Shown: positions 1 to 11,265 of the stretch, piece by piece
Layout: each line of letters opens with the position of its first letter
Numbering within the stretch: position 1 is the first letter of the stretch
Source: an uncultured Gammaproteobacteria bacterium
GTDB lineage: Bacteria; Patescibacteriota; Microgenomatia; UBA10105; UBA927
DNA length: 64,000 nt
Direction of reading: 5' to 3'
Assembly (NCBI GenBank): GCA_964573695.1
Contig: CAZNKB010000003.1
Location: forward strand, 36,815 to 100,814
The notes under the pieces: model-generated
Seen by the model: only the letters and a program-made list of their open reading frames with translations
Databases searched by the model: none
What the model was told of the DNA's origin: nothing
Translations under genes and position numbers: made by a program

Positions 1-3000
1 ACCGGTGATATGTCCGTAGGGGCATGGGTCAAGCGGAGCGCATCAGGCACTGATGTCGATGTAATTGCGGCAGATTGGGGCAACGCTATTGGAGACCAAG
101 AATTCCGCCTGTATTTTGATGCGACGGATTTTCCAACGTTTCAAACAACCGACGGGACATCCACGACGACAAGTGTAAGCCCTACGGCTATAACCGATAC
201 CAACTGGCACCATATCACCGCTCAGTTCAATAATAGCACCGCAAACATACAGTATCTCTATGTTGACGGGAGACTGGTCGACTCCGATACTGCATCATCA
301 ACAGATCAACCCAATAATACAGTGGCGTTTACTATAGGGGCAGACCTGTCCGGGGCAGCAAATACAGCGGCCAACTTTTTCCGCGGCACCATAGACGAAG
401 TCTATTACGACAGAGAAGGTCTTGACCCTTCTTATATCCGGCGCATATATGAATCCGGATACCGCGCGTTACAAAATCACACGTCAAGCCGTATTACCGG
501 TATATCCGGAGCAGATAATTATCAACGACTTCTCGGAAACGCGTCGGGTGGTACCGCTGCAAGCAACAATGCAACAAGTATCGCTATCGACGACACCCGC
601 CGGTTTATCTACGCCGGATTGCATGACGCCACTACCAATACCGGAGGCGTTACCGTTATCGCAGAAGAAGCGGATACTGCTATCGATCTATTTGACAGTA
701 CCGCTAACACCAGCAAAGACGATGACATCGGTACCCAATTTTCGGCAAATGACGTCGTTTCTATCTCGCTTTCCGGCAGTCCGTGTCCCGGATACAACGG
801 CGGATCCACAACCTGTAATAACTCCGCAACGCTAGCAATCGCAGGAACAAACGATTCTGCCACCAGGGTATGGATGGAAACCAGCACAGTGTCTATAGCG
901 GACGCACTAAGTCTTTTGGGCTCTACAAGCCTTACCAAAAATATCGCAAATATTACCAGCGTGCTACAGGTATACGATGTATACAATCGAAACGATGATG
1001 ACGCAACGGGTGGAGAACACCAAGTCCCAGCCCTGAAGGTCGACAGCACCGGCATGTTCACGTATAACTATTTAAATACTCAAACATCATCGGTTGCTAT
1101 GGACATTAACGACAGTACCCATACATCCGGAACTGTCATTGATATTAGTGGCTCTGCAATCAACTCTGGGGAAGGTATAAATCTATCTACAAACGCACTT
1201 ACTACCGGTCGTGGACTCTTAATAACTTCATCGGCTACAGGATGTACTAGTTGTGCACTCGAGCTCATCACCCACTCCGGTAGCAATGCAAACAATACCG
1301 GATATTTACTGCAATTGGCAAACACCGGGACATTAAACGCAAATACGTCATTCTATATCCAACACTATGCTACAGGGACCAATAACCTCGCCATGCGAAT
1401 AGATGACGAGAGCGCTGACACGACTCCGTTTGCCATAGACGGCTTGGGCAATGTCGGTATCGGCGACAGCAGCCCGGATTATACCCTGGAACTCTACGAC
1501 CCAACCAACACACCGGTTATCGTATTGTCTGACGATGATATCGCACAAGGATTTACTACAGATGTCGCTGCCACAGACGCATTCCTCCATATCTCTTCCA
1601 TATCAACAACAGCTGGAGGAGCTCAATTTACAGGCCTATCAAGCGGTGATGCACAAGCTTTTTCCATACGCGGTGGAATCGACAGTTCAACCCCGGCCAA
1701 CACAACCCCAGCGATTAAAATCATCGGGGGTAAACTTAGCGGCACGACATTCGGAGATCTCGATGTAGATTCTACACAAGGTGGCACCAATGCGGAAACG
1801 GTCTTCCAAATTGCCAACAACGATGACACAGCGAGCTTCACCATGCTCGGCAATGGCAACATAGGTATTGGCAACCAGGTGACTCCCCTTGCCAAACTCC
1901 ATGTCATCTCAAACCCGCTCGCAGCCCTTTATACAACCGGCAGGGCCGCAGCCATATTCGACCAATTTGAAAACCAGGATATTATCGCCGCCTCCGCCTC
2001 AGGGGTGACGAAGCTTCGGGTCACCAATACGTCCGACGTCATCGCAGAACGGTTTGTCGACCTGGGTAACACCTCCGGAACGTTTTATATCGACCCGGCA
2101 AATGGCACGACATCCATAGTTGTAGACGGAGCTATCATAAGCGACGGCGCTTTTAGCATCACATCAAATGGCACGAATGGTAATGTGACCATTAGCGCAG
2201 GCACCGGAGACGTCATTCTGGGAACTGCCGACAGCACCGGAGCAGAAGTATGTGTCAGCCTAGACGGCTCGACGTGTACCGGCAAGATCGATGCCGCGAC
2301 GTTTGATCCTCCCTATACGATCAATGACAAAAACTATGCCACCTACGCACCAAGCATGACGGGCATCAAAGAAGAAACAGTAGGAACTATCCAGACATCT
2401 ACGTATGTAGCGGGTATCGGATACAAGACAGAGATTGACTTTACCGATCTTCCCATAGGATCAGACCTCTGGCTGTTCTCACGGACGACGGACCTCAAAA
2501 CCAATGCGGACCAACTCGTCGTGCTGTTGTCTCCGGCCTCATCTGCGCGTGTATGGTACAGTTTTGATCCGGACGCTCTTATTCTCACCATGTATTCTTC
2601 GCGGCCGACCAGTGTTTCGTACCGGCTTACGGCTCCCCGCTTCGACTGGCAGCAATGGGCCAACACGCGCGCAGATGACGATCGGCGAGGTATGACGCTT
2701 AACTATGACAACGCCTGGTTTACCGGCAGCGGATCGGCCGCGGCTCCCGAAGATCCGCTTGCTCATCTTACGATCGAGCCCGTAGACGAAAGCACATTGC
2801 AGTTTAGGATCCGCCATGAAAACGGCGACATCATAGAAGAAGCGACCAGTTTTGCCCGGCTGCTCGTCGCTAATGTGCAAACGGGAGCAATCCGCAGTAT
2901 CAACGGCATATTCGGAAAAGTAGTGATCACCGAGTCTATAACATCCCCGGTAGCGCAAATAGATTCGGTACGTACCAATTCCATTTCACCTATCGCAACG

Positions 3001-4194
3001 GAATCCGGACAAATCACTGTCAATCTAAATCAAACACAATCATTCGGAATCAAAAATACGGATACAAATACCGTAACCACGACGTTTGATGCACTGGGGA
3101 ACGCGACACTCTCCGGCACACTCACGACAGAAAACCTCAACATAAACGGTGACGCGACGGTTGCGGGAGCATTAACCAGCACATCGGTAACCACGGAAGA
3201 TGCCCACCTTGACTCGCTATCGGCGAGGCAGGCATCCGTATCCGGTCAATTATATGCAGACCGCATTGTCACCAACTTCGGCGACCTGGACACCCGGTTC
3301 CAAACCATAGAGCAATCGATCGATTCTATAAGCACACAATCTGCCATAGCCTACACAAACCCAACACCTTCTACGAGTCCGGCTGCCGATTACGGAGGAG
3401 CAATTTCCCTGTCCGGAGGCGATGTCGTCGTCAACACGAATCTCTTTGTATTGGGCGACAGCTTGCTTTCCAGAACCTCAATTACAGGGTCGTTGCTCGT
3501 CGACGGCGTTATTCGCTTCGCAGAAAATGTCATAGAAACCATTTCGGAAACCCTATATATCCAAAAAAACAAACTCGCGTCTGTCGATATCCTCGACGGC
3601 ACGATTATCGCCGACATATGGAACCGGGTATTCGTCCGGGGCACACTGGGTATTTCAGGCAATACAACGATCGGAGGCGTCCTCGGAGCATCAACGCTGT
3701 CTCCGATTACCGGTAGTAACCTGACTATTGATTTGAATCAGTCCATCCCGGATCCTTTCGCATTACAGCAAGCTACCCCCTCATCCGGATTTGCTGACCT
3801 AGTCATCAAAGGCATAAACAACCAAACCGTCGCAACGATAAACGCATCCGGAAGCGCGACGTTTACCGGAACTGTTGCCGCTGATATGCTTGTAGCGAGC
3901 GGATCAGCAACGGTAAGCAAACTCAATATCAGCACGGGTGATGTGGCGGCATCTACGGACTCCGCTATCCCTTCCAGCTCTGTAGGTACTGGCCTATTGC
4001 CCGCAAACTTTACCGAAATCACCGTACTCTCCAATCAGATTGCAGCCGATTCACTGGTATACCTGACCCCGCTATCGAGTACGGGAAACCAAGTGATTTA
4101 TGTGAAGGAAAAACTGCCGGGCGTCGGATTCATCGTGGCAATTGATTCCTCCTTATCTATACCCATAAACTTCAATTGGTGGATTATCAATTAA
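1..4194 (+). CDS. 3' portion (1394 aa, N-terminus off-window) of a giant surface/fibre protein: LamG/concanavalin-A-like domain followed by ~1250 aa Thr/Ser/Asn/Gly-rich low-hydrophobicity region
   Basis: Frame is open to nt 1, so the ORF is truncated at its 5' end. The N-terminal ~140 aa carry LamG-type motifs (NWHHITAQF, LYVDG, FRGTIDEVYY). The same motifs recur in the downstream DUF2341-LamG gene. The remainder is extremely T/S/G/N-rich, with repeated GN(V/I)GIG motifs and few hydrophobic residues. Confidence 0.6.
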   Translation, partial: TGDMSVGAWVKRSASGTDVDVIAADWGNAIGDQEFRLYFDATDFPTFQTTDGTSTTTSVSPTAITDTNWHHITAQFNNSTANIQYLYVDGRLVDSDTASSTDQPNNTVAFTIGADLSGAANTAANFFRGTIDEVYYDREGLDPSYIRRIYESGYRALQNHTSSRITGISGADNYQRLLGNASGGTAASNNATSIAIDDTRRFIYAGLHDATTNTGGVTVIAEEADTAIDLFDSTANTSKDDDIGTQFSANDVVSISLSGSPCPGYNGGSTTCNNSATLAIAGTNDSATRVWMETSTVSIADALSLLGSTSLTKNIANITSVLQVYDVYNRNDDDATGGEHQVPALKVDSTGMFTYNYLNTQTSSVAMDINDSTHTSGTVIDISGSAINSGEGINLSTNALTTGRGLLITSSATGCTSCALELITHSGSNANNTGYLLQLANTGTLNANTSFYIQHYATGTNNLAMRIDDESADTTPFAIDGLGNVGIGDSSPDYTLELYDPTNTPVIVLSDDDIAQGFTTDVAATDAFLHISSISTTAGGAQFTGLSSGDAQAFSIRGGIDSSTPANTTPAIKIIGGKLSGTTFGDLDVDSTQGGTNAETVFQIANNDDTASFTMLGNGNIGIGNQVTPLAKLHVISNPLAALYTTGRAAAIFDQFENQDIIAASASGVTKLRVTNTSDVIAERFVDLGNTSGTFYIDPANGTTSIVVDGAIISDGAFSITSNGTNGNVTISAGTGDVILGTADSTGAEVCVSLDGSTCTGKIDAATFDPPYTINDKNYATYAPSMTGIKEETVGTIQTSTYVAGIGYKTEIDFTDLPIGSDLWLFSRTTDLKTNADQLVVLLSPASSARVWYSFDPDALILTMYSSRPTSVSYRLTAPRFDWQQWANTRADDDRRGMTLNYDNAWFTGSGSAAAPEDPLAHLTIEPVDESTLQFRIRHENGDIIEEATSFARLLVANVQTGAIRSINGIFGKVVITESITSPVAQIDSVRTNSISPIATESGQITVNLNQTQSFGIKNTDTNTVTTTFDALGNATLSGTLTTENLNINGDATVAGALTSTSVTTEDAHLDSLSARQASVSGQLYADRIVTNFGDLDTRFQTIEQSIDSISTQSAIAYTNPTPSTSPAADYGGAISLSGGDVVVNTNLFVLGDSLLSRTSITGSLLVDGVIRFAENVIETISETLYIQKNKLASVDILDGTIIADIWNRVFVRGTLGISGNTTIGGVLGASTLSPITGSNLTIDLNQSIPDPFALQQATPSSGFADLVIKGINNQTVATINASGSATFTGTVAADMLVASGSATVSKLNISTGDVAASTDSAIPSSSVGTGLLPANFTEITVLSNQIAADSLVYLTPLSSTGNQVIYVKEKLPGVGFIVAIDSSLSIPINFNWWIIN

Positions 4195-4366
4195 CTGCGT
4201 AGCCCCGTACCTGCGCCCTTGCGACGCGTGGATGTAAACCACGGGAGCAAGCAAGCTTGGTACTGGGGGTGGATCATTAACTAATATATGTATAGTGATA
4301 TACTTTTTCCCAGTTGACAAAATATAACGGGAATGATGTACTCTAAAAAGAGTTTAGTTCCCTGCC

Positions 4367-4912
4367 ATGAAATCATCGAAGAATCAGGCTACCACAGGGC
4401 AAGTCACATCTGCATTTGTTGCTATTGTCGTTATTATAGGCGCAAGCGTCTTTGTCTGGTTTAGGATGCAGCGCCAGAACATACAGGAAAAAGCAGGTCT
4501 GCCCACGCAAGTAGAAGCACAGCCGACTGCTATCCCCACGCCAACGCCGACTCCCACGAAATTATTCCATGGCAAAGACACCTATATAGTCAGTCGCGGA
4601 TCCCAAGCCAAAGGGCCAAATATTTCAGAAATCACATTTGATCCGTTGGATCCGGCAGTAGGCGCACAACAAATCATTTCCGTAAAAGTCAGTCACAACA
4701 ATCCCGTGACAGACGTCACGGTCAAACTGCGCACCGACACCAAAACCACCACGCTCAAGTTAAACCGCTCAGAGGGCACGGAGTTGGGCGGCACATGGCA
4801 AACCACCTGGACTATTCCGGAAAGTTACCTGTATAACTATGCAGCAACAGTGGTTGCCAGTGCGGGCAAGGAAGAAACATCCATTCCGATCATTATCCGG
4901 GAACGAAAATGA
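4367..4912 (+). CDS. small membrane-anchored hypothetical protein (N-terminal TM helix, PTPTPTPT linker, ~110 aa extracytoplasmic domain)
   Basis: 181-aa ORF. The TM segment is VTSAFVAIVVIIGASVFVWF and is followed by a Pro-Thr linker. Its stop overlaps the start of the next gene by 4 nt. Confidence 0.5.
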   Translation: MKSSKNQATTGQVTSAFVAIVVIIGASVFVWFRMQRQNIQEKAGLPTQVEAQPTAIPTPTPTPTKLFHGKDTYIVSRGSQAKGPNISEITFDPLDPAVGAQQIISVKVSHNNPVTDVTVKLRTDTKTTTLKLNRSEGTELGGTWQTTWTIPESYLYNYAATVVASAGKEETSIPIIIRERK

Positions 4913-5706
4913 AAAAATCGACACAGTCTATAGGATTTACCGTATTATTGCTCTTGAGTTTGAGTGTTGGTGCGCGTGAAGCACAGGCAGCCTGCAATTG
5001 GAGCCCAAGCGCAGGAAGTGTTACCGCCACAACATGCGGTATCGACGGACAATCAGAAGAAGCGTATGATTATTCTTCGGGAACGGATGACTCTACGAAC
5101 GGACTCACGCTTACCATTCCCAACGGAGTCACCGTTACCCTCAACACCGGTTCTGTGGGTACACCCACGACGCTCTATGTCGGGGCTATAAATCTCACTG
5201 GAACAGGATCTCTTGTGGCTTCTGCAAACTACGTGCAGATCAAAAGCGGATTCCGATGCTATGTGACCGATGCTGACGGCGACGGATACAGTCCAACCCC
5301 CAATGTATGTTCTTCAACAAGTGGTGCTGGGAAAATCCGCAAATTCTCATCAGGGTTCCATACGGGAGTTGACTGTGGAGACGGAAATAGCGCCGCTAAT
5401 CCAGGTCAGACTGTTGCCCAGTCAACGACATTTACCAATACCGCCACCGGGTTAAGCGGTGATTGGAATTGTAATGGCGCGGAAACGAAAACATACGCTA
5501 CAGCCACATATACCTGTAGCGCGTGCACCAACGGATCAGGGTATGCGAGTTTCCAAAATACCACAAACGGATTCCAAACGTCCGTACCGGCATGCGGAGT
5601 AGCAGGCACATACTATACGGTAACCAATGCAACGTGTGTAGATCCCGCTGTTGCAAACTGTGCAGCAAGTGCTACTACCTCCAGCGTTACACAAACCTGT
5701 CTGTAA
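4909..5706 (+). CDS. secreted Cys/Gly/Thr-rich hypothetical protein with signal peptide
   Basis: N-terminus MKKSTQSIGFTVLLLLSLSVGAREAQA is a typical Sec signal peptide. The mature part has many Cys and DxDGDG-like motifs. The start overlaps the upstream stop (ATGA). Confidence 0.5.
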   Translation: MKKSTQSIGFTVLLLLSLSVGAREAQAACNWSPSAGSVTATTCGIDGQSEEAYDYSSGTDDSTNGLTLTIPNGVTVTLNTGSVGTPTTLYVGAINLTGTGSLVASANYVQIKSGFRCYVTDADGDGYSPTPNVCSSTSGAGKIRKFSSGFHTGVDCGDGNSAANPGQTVAQSTTFTNTATGLSGDWNCNGAETKTYATATYTCSACTNGSGYASFQNTTNGFQTSVPACGVAGTYYTVTNATCVDPAVANCAASATTSSVTQTCL

Positions 5707-6424
5707 ATCATTGCGAGCGAATCCCCACGGGCGTGTATAACAACTTGGCTACTGTCGTAGATTTCTCATCGGAACGATCCAGTATAATCTCATCGTGGCT
5801 CATAAACTATGCGCTTGTTTATTCATATTAAGCACCTCACCCGTAAATAGCCATACATGGGCGCACACAACCACATGTAGACCCTTTCTATGAATACTAC
5901 CAATCCATATATACACGATAAACAAATCCAGCTCATGGTCACCCCTACGCGGGTAAACGTTTACAAAGGTACATGTGCTTCCCTCCTTCTGTTATCTCAA
6001 GTTTGATGCATGTCACGGACTCTAAATAAACGAACCAAAACCGTTCGGCCATAGAACAAAAATGTGTCATTACAATATGTCTATAGGATATATATTTAGG
6101 TACATATATCCCTGTACACACCATATATCCATTTATCCCGTTCTAGCAGCAAAGTATATACTCATGAAAAATCTTATTAGAACAATCCAAACTCACTCAA
6201 TGACGATCTATTATCCAAAATAGGCCTATAATTAGAATATAAAATACCTATAGTATAGCCTCGATATGCTAATTTTGAGAGTGATAATTTGACACATTTC
6301 TCGTAAGGTTCTGTAATAGTAATAGGCCTATGATTTTTACCGAGCAAACCCATGCAAACTCTAGTCATTTGAGGCTAATAAGCAACCTTCTTTCGCATAG
6401 CTTCCCATTCACATACACACCGTC

Positions 6425-9400
6425 ATGACATTGAGCCCAACTGATAAATTATATACTATAAGCCAAGCTTCAAAACGTCTTGGTGTCTCAATAAGCACAC
6501 TCCGCCGGTGGATAAAATTACACAAAATTGATGTGATTACTGATGCCCAAGGCATCCATGTTTTTAACGAATCCGCACTACAAAAAATCCAAACCATTAC
6601 TCCGGTTGTTTCACCACTATTACCAGATGTCGATGCATTGTCCCCCGCTCAAGCGGCAAAAGCATTGGGAATTTCAACGTGGACATTGCTTCGTTGGGAA
6701 AAAGCCGGATTGATCGTCAGTTCACGTACGCCAGGAGGAGCTCGCCGATTTCAAAAAGACGCAGTAGCTTCCCTACTCAGTAAACGAACCACATATCAGC
6801 GAGTTCCTTCGGAAACACCCCGGGTAAATAGAGTAAACCAGGTAGCCGACAAAAACGTAAGCAGTAACGTGCATCCAATAATAGCTACATCAAAATATAC
6901 TGAAACATATCAAAAAATACCCTCATATTCACAGCCGCCACATCGTAATTCGTTATATTTTATCCTTGTTATTCTTATTTTTTTGCTATGTAGCGGTATT
7001 ATTGGACTCCAAATTGCCGGCATGCAATCGAGCAAACAAACAGTACCGACACAAGCGACAAGCGGTGCCACGACTATAGACCAAAACATCATACAAACGA
7101 TCGTCGCTCAGGTTACAAAAATTATTGAATCCAATAGTTCGACGTCTATATCCGGACGCGACGGTATAGACGGCGCTACGGGTGCAACAGGACCACATGG
7201 CACAAATGGTGCAAACGGTTCAAATGGTACAAACGGCACCAATGGTGAGTTAGGTCCAATCGGTCCGACAGGAAGCACCGGGACGGGTGGAGGCGGCGGA
7301 GACGGACCAAGTGGAGCAACTGGAGCAACAGGATCTGGTGGTGTCGTTGGTCCTACCGGCTCTACTGGTGCGACGGGAGGAATAGGAGCAAGTGGCCCCA
7401 CGGGATCAACGGGGGCGACGGGAGGAAATGGACCCACAGGTGCTACCGGTGGAACGGGTATATCGGGAGCAGGAGGAGATGGACCAACCGGACCGACAGG
7501 TGCAAATGGTCCGACTGGTTCTACTGGTGCTACTGGTGGTGTTGGAGCATCTGGACCAACAGGATCAACAGGCGCAACCGGTAATGTTGGTACCTCAGGG
7601 CCAACCGGCTCAACTGGAGCAACAGGAGGAATTGGTGCAAGTGGTCCGACGGGAAGTACTGGTGCTACTGGTGGTGTTGGAGCATCTGGACCAACAGGTT
7701 CGACTGGGGCGACTGGAACAGCCGGAGCAAATGGTCCGACTGGAAGCACTGGGAGCACGGGATTAAATGGTTCATCAGGCCCAACGGGAAGCACGGGTGC
7801 CACTGGATTTCAAGGGGCATCAGGTCCTACTGGCTCCACCGGAGCAACAGGGGCAGTTGGCTCTTCAGGTCCAACAGGTTCGACTGGGGCAACAGGAGTT
7901 GACGGTCCAACGGGAAGTACTGGTGCCACAGGTGGTGTTGGAGCAAATGGTCCCACCGGAAGTACGGGTGCCACTGGATTTCAAGGGGCATCAGGTCCAA
8001 CAGGATCAACAGGCGCAACCGGTAGCATTGGTTCATCTGGCCCAACAGGAGTTACTGGAGCGACGGGAAGTATCGGTTCTTCTGGTCCAACTGGAAGTAC
8101 GGGTGCAACTGGAGCGACGGGAATACAAGGGTCTTCAGGACCGACAGGTAGTACCGGAGCGACTGGTGGAATTGGAGCAAGTGGTCCGACTGGTTCCACA
8201 GGAGCAACTGGCAGCATTGGAGCTTCTGGTCCTACTGGCTCTACTGGTGCAACTGGGAGTGTAGGTGCATCAGGCCCGACGGGTAGTACCGGTGCCACTG
8301 GTGGAATTGGAGCATCCGGTCCAACAGGAAGCACAGGTTCCACGGGAGCAACAGGCAGCATTGGAGCTTCTGGTCCTACTGGCTCTACTGGTGTAACTGG
8401 AGGCGTTGGAACAAGTGGCCCAACGGGTAGTACGGGAGCCACTGGAGGCATCGGGGCATCCGGTCCAACAGGAAGCACAGGTTCCACGGGAGCAACAGGA
8501 GGTATTGGCGCCTCTGGTCCGACGGGGGCTACAGGAGCCACTGGTGGAATTGGAGCAAGTGGTCCGACTGGTTCCACAGGGGCGACAGGTGGAATAGGTA
8601 TTTCTGGCCCAACCGGATCCACAGGGGCTACTGGTGGAATTGGTGCATCTGGACCGACGGGATCTACTGGAACAACAGGTGCCCAAGGTCCCACCGGCGC
8701 CACAGGAAGCACTGGTAGTATCGGGGCATCTGGCCCAACCGGATCCACTGGAGCAACCGGGAGTGCTGGCGTGTCTGGCCCAACCGGATCCACAGGGGCT
8801 ACTGGTGGAATTGGTGCATCTGGACCTACTGGTAGCACCGGAGCAACTGGTGGAATTGGAGCAAGTGGTCCGACTGGTTCGACAGGAGCAACAGGATTTG
8901 CAGGCCCTACCGGCTCAACGGGAACAACCGGTGTTCAAGGTCCGACGGGCCCTGTGGGACCAGGAGGAGAAACTCTCTTAAATTACACCGGCAGCGGTGA
9001 AACTGCATTTTTATACAACAACACAACGTACACATATGATTTCGCGACGCAAGACTTAATCTTAGGATACAGTGGGGTCGATGGTGCTGATATCACGACA
9101 CAAGACACGAACGAAAACCTAACCATTGATCCAAATGGAACTGGAACGATATATTTTCATGGCACTGCAGTACAGTTTGATAGCGATGGATCAATCACAC
9201 AAACAGCGACAGATACGACAACGGTTGCCTATTCATTACTTGCAAACAGCTTATCTTCAGGAACAGGCCTTTCGTTGACATCCACATCTACAAGCTTTTC
9301 TACAGGAAAACTTGCAAACATCGACTGGTCGCCAGGAAGTGCTACAACTGCAACTGGCGATCTTGTTCGAATCAACATCGGACCAAATGGAACCGTGGGC

Positions 9401-11263
9401 AATCTATTCAATGTCACTGACAATGCGTCAACACTTTTTAGTGTATCCGAAACACAAATCACCTCTGCCCTCCCCCACCAATTCACGGCAGCTGGGGACG
9501 TGGCAGTCGCTTACGACCTGATATTCACCAATCAAACGTCAAGTGGCATCAAATCATATGGCCCACTCACCATAGAATCCGGCGAATCATTTGAATCAAA
9601 TAACCTTATCCTCAAATCCTACAATAGCGGTAATCTGGTATTAGATATTGCCTCAGCGATTATCGATATAAACACCTCAAAATCACTCACGTTTACCAAT
9701 GCAAACAGCCCATTTGGAAGCGCTCTAGTCGCTGGCGCATTCATCGACACCAATTCTCGATTGACAGAAGAATTCAACATGGACACACAAAATTCAGCAA
9801 TCACTGCAGATAGCGCAGCTATTGGAGATGATGCATCCTGGTATTTCGATACTACAGACGTTTCATCAACATACTCAACTCCAACAGATACGGTAAACGG
9901 CATATCAAGACTTACCTTTGGCACCACCACAGGAGTTGGAGGTCTTATCGGTTTTGGCGGAGATACCGCCGCAAATGACTTAAATAGCATATTCCTGAAA
10001 GCAAACTTGCCGATCGTTGAAATGAAACTTCGCACAAATATAAACAACACAACAAACGACATCGTTTGGGGTATTACCGATCAGGCCACTGCACCAACGG
10101 TCAACGATACGCTTCCGGCAAACGGCATATTCTTCTGGCACAACAATACGACGACTTGGACAGGCTATGTTCGAAGCGGATCTGCAAATGTGGGCACGGC
10201 TACATGCACCGGTGGAGCGGTCAGCACGACACAATTTGCGTTGGGCCGTATTGAGGTGCTGAGTGCCACGTCAGTGCGGTTCCTCATGGACTATGATGTG
10301 TCAGATGGTGTTAATTTTATAGACTGCGGAACCGTTTCCGGAGCCAATCCTACCGCTGCTCTTGGTGCGACTGTCTATAACGTGCACACCGAAACGACCG
10401 GCTCACGAACCGTCGATGTCGATTTCTTCCGTGTATGGCAAGACGATGCAGTGGTACTAAGCCAAGATATCCTGCAGCAAGATATCGCCATAGAAGCAGG
10501 CCAAAAAATAGACGTCCGCGGAGAAGTTCACTTCACCGATGACCCCAATAATCCAGGGTTTTACCGCTTGATGGACAAAAACGGACTGCACATCAATGCT
10601 GTCTATATCGAAGATATACAAAGCAAGAGTCTTTCAGAGAAATTCAAAAACATTGATGCCGCCATCGCGTCGCAAAGTGGCAGTCTCGCTGTATCAGGCA
10701 CAGCCACGACATTCATTGATGGTATCCGGGAATTTTTATCAGAAATTCGGTTCAGCAATCTTGTACAATTTGTTGCTGATGTGGTGTTTCACGCAAACGT
10801 CGGCATAGGAGGAAAACTCACAGTAAACAAAGAGGCCACATTCAGTGGCCAACTCACATTCCCGGATAATATGGCCGGAAGCGCGGTAATCTCCAAATAC
10901 ACCCAATCGGTTGACGTGGTTTTTGATCACCCATTTAACACAACGCCAGTGGTCACTATTTCGCAGGTAATCACGAATGCCACGGATAGCGCATTTTTAT
11001 CCGAAGGATTTAATGCAGGAGTATCCAACATTACACCCAACGGATTTACCATATCCTTAGATACACTTGCCATACGGAATTATACATACAACTGGATTGC
11101 CGTATCTGTCAGCAATACACACCAAACAGTGTCGAGTTCCCCGCTTATGGATATTCTCGGTGTTGAGGATCAGCTGAGTGCAACGCCGTCAGGATCAACT
11201 GAATCAACAAGCTCTGGTATTCCAAACGAAAGCACACCCTCCGGGTGGTTAGATGCACAATAA
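6425..11263 (+). CDS. 1612-aa collagen-like triple-helix-repeat protein: two N-terminal MerR/excisionase-type HTH domains, one TM helix, ~600 aa G-X-Y repeats, C-terminal H-type-lectin-like domain
   Basis: HTH 1 is [22 protein letters not shown] and HTH 2 is [26 protein letters not shown]. The TM helix is [23 protein letters not shown]. About 200 uninterrupted [16 protein letters not shown] triplets follow. The C-terminal segment [20 protein letters not shown]...GFTISLDT...YNWIAV resembles the H-type lectin fold. Confidence 0.7.
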   Translation: MTLSPTDKLYTISQASKRLGVSISTLRRWIKLHKIDVITDAQGIHVFNESALQKIQTITPVVSPLLPDVDALSPAQAAKALGISTWTLLRWEKAGLIVSSRTPGGARRFQKDAVASLLSKRTTYQRVPSETPRVNRVNQVADKNVSSNVHPIIATSKYTETYQKIPSYSQPPHRNSLYFILVILIFLLCSGIIGLQIAGMQSSKQTVPTQATSGATTIDQNIIQTIVAQVTKIIESNSSTSISGRDGIDGATGATGPHGTNGANGSNGTNGTNGELGPIGPTGSTGTGGGGGDGPSGATGATGSGGVVGPTGSTGATGGIGASGPTGSTGATGGNGPTGATGGTGISGAGGDGPTGPTGANGPTGSTGATGGVGASGPTGSTGATGNVGTSGPTGSTGATGGIGASGPTGSTGATGGVGASGPTGSTGATGTAGANGPTGSTGSTGLNGSSGPTGSTGATGFQGASGPTGSTGATGAVGSSGPTGSTGATGVDGPTGSTGATGGVGANGPTGSTGATGFQGASGPTGSTGATGSIGSSGPTGVTGATGSIGSSGPTGSTGATGATGIQGSSGPTGSTGATGGIGASGPTGSTGATGSIGASGPTGSTGATGSVGASGPTGSTGATGGIGASGPTGSTGSTGATGSIGASGPTGSTGVTGGVGTSGPTGSTGATGGIGASGPTGSTGSTGATGGIGASGPTGATGATGGIGASGPTGSTGATGGIGISGPTGSTGATGGIGASGPTGSTGTTGAQGPTGATGSTGSIGASGPTGSTGATGSAGVSGPTGSTGATGGIGASGPTGSTGATGGIGASGPTGSTGATGFAGPTGSTGTTGVQGPTGPVGPGGETLLNYTGSGETAFLYNNTTYTYDFATQDLILGYSGVDGADITTQDTNENLTIDPNGTGTIYFHGTAVQFDSDGSITQTATDTTTVAYSLLANSLSSGTGLSLTSTSTSFSTGKLANIDWSPGSATTATGDLVRINIGPNGTVGNLFNVTDNASTLFSVSETQITSALPHQFTAAGDVAVAYDLIFTNQTSSGIKSYGPLTIESGESFESNNLILKSYNSGNLVLDIASAIIDINTSKSLTFTNANSPFGSALVAGAFIDTNSRLTEEFNMDTQNSAITADSAAIGDDASWYFDTTDVSSTYSTPTDTVNGISRLTFGTTTGVGGLIGFGGDTAANDLNSIFLKANLPIVEMKLRTNINNTTNDIVWGITDQATAPTVNDTLPANGIFFWHNNTTTWTGYVRSGSANVGTATCTGGAVSTTQFALGRIEVLSATSVRFLMDYDVSDGVNFIDCGTVSGANPTAALGATVYNVHTETTGSRTVDVDFFRVWQDDAVVLSQDILQQDIAIEAGQKIDVRGEVHFTDDPNNPGFYRLMDKNGLHINAVYIEDIQSKSLSEKFKNIDAAIASQSGSLAVSGTATTFIDGIREFLSEIRFSNLVQFVADVVFHANVGIGGKLTVNKEATFSGQLTFPDNMAGSAVISKYTQSVDVVFDHPFNTTPVVTISQVITNATDSAFLSEGFNAGVSNITPNGFTISLDTLAIRNYTYNWIAVSVSNTHQTVSSSPLMDILGVEDQLSATPSGSTESTSSGIPNESTPSGWLDAQ
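7150..8965. repeat. ~1.8 kb of near-identical 9/18/27-nt tandem repeats encoding the collagen-like G-X-Y region
   Basis: Visible periodic DNA ggtccgactgg(a/t)agcac(t/g)gg(t/a)gc(a/t)ac(t/a)gg... Antisense ORFs with PVGP repeats are artefacts of this repeat. Confidence 0.85.
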
Positions 11264-11265
11264 CT

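Noticed and set aside
422-4034. Numerous 60-150-aa ORFs on both strands inside the first giant ORF (e.g. 609-1061 -, 2539-2958 -, 3738-4034 -)
   Set aside because: They are embedded in or antisense to a continuous 4.2-kb ORF with a coherent LamG plus T/S-rich composition. They show no domain signals.
4195-4366. TTGACA hexamer at 4314-4319 as a -35 element for the downstream small membrane-protein gene
   Set aside because: No convincing -10 hexamer at 16-19 nt spacing (best candidate TGTACT), so it is not reported as a promoter.
6177-6597. Two short minus-strand ORFs (63 and 62 aa) in the AT-rich gap upstream of the collagen gene
   Set aside because: Low-complexity, AT-driven ORFs with no RBS or domain features. 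The second overlaps the start of the 1612-aa gene. Treated as non-coding.
7108-8838. Long minus-strand ORFs (231 and 285 aa, PVGP/PVAP repeats) and plus-strand out-of-frame ORFs (124, 165 and 115 aa, Q/E/L-rich) within the collagen-like region
   Set aside because: They are mirror or frame-shift artefacts of the G-X-Y coding tandem repeat. They have no start context and lie entirely within the strongly supported 1612-aa ORF.
6425-11263. Collagen-like gene as a prophage tail fibre or eukaryotic contamination
   Set aside because: No integrase, terminase, capsid or other phage genes occur anywhere in 64 kb. The gene is flanked by bacterial-type genes on the same strand with bacterial signal and TM features, so a chromosomal surface protein is more parsimonious. 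A phage-derived origin of the module itself cannot be excluded.
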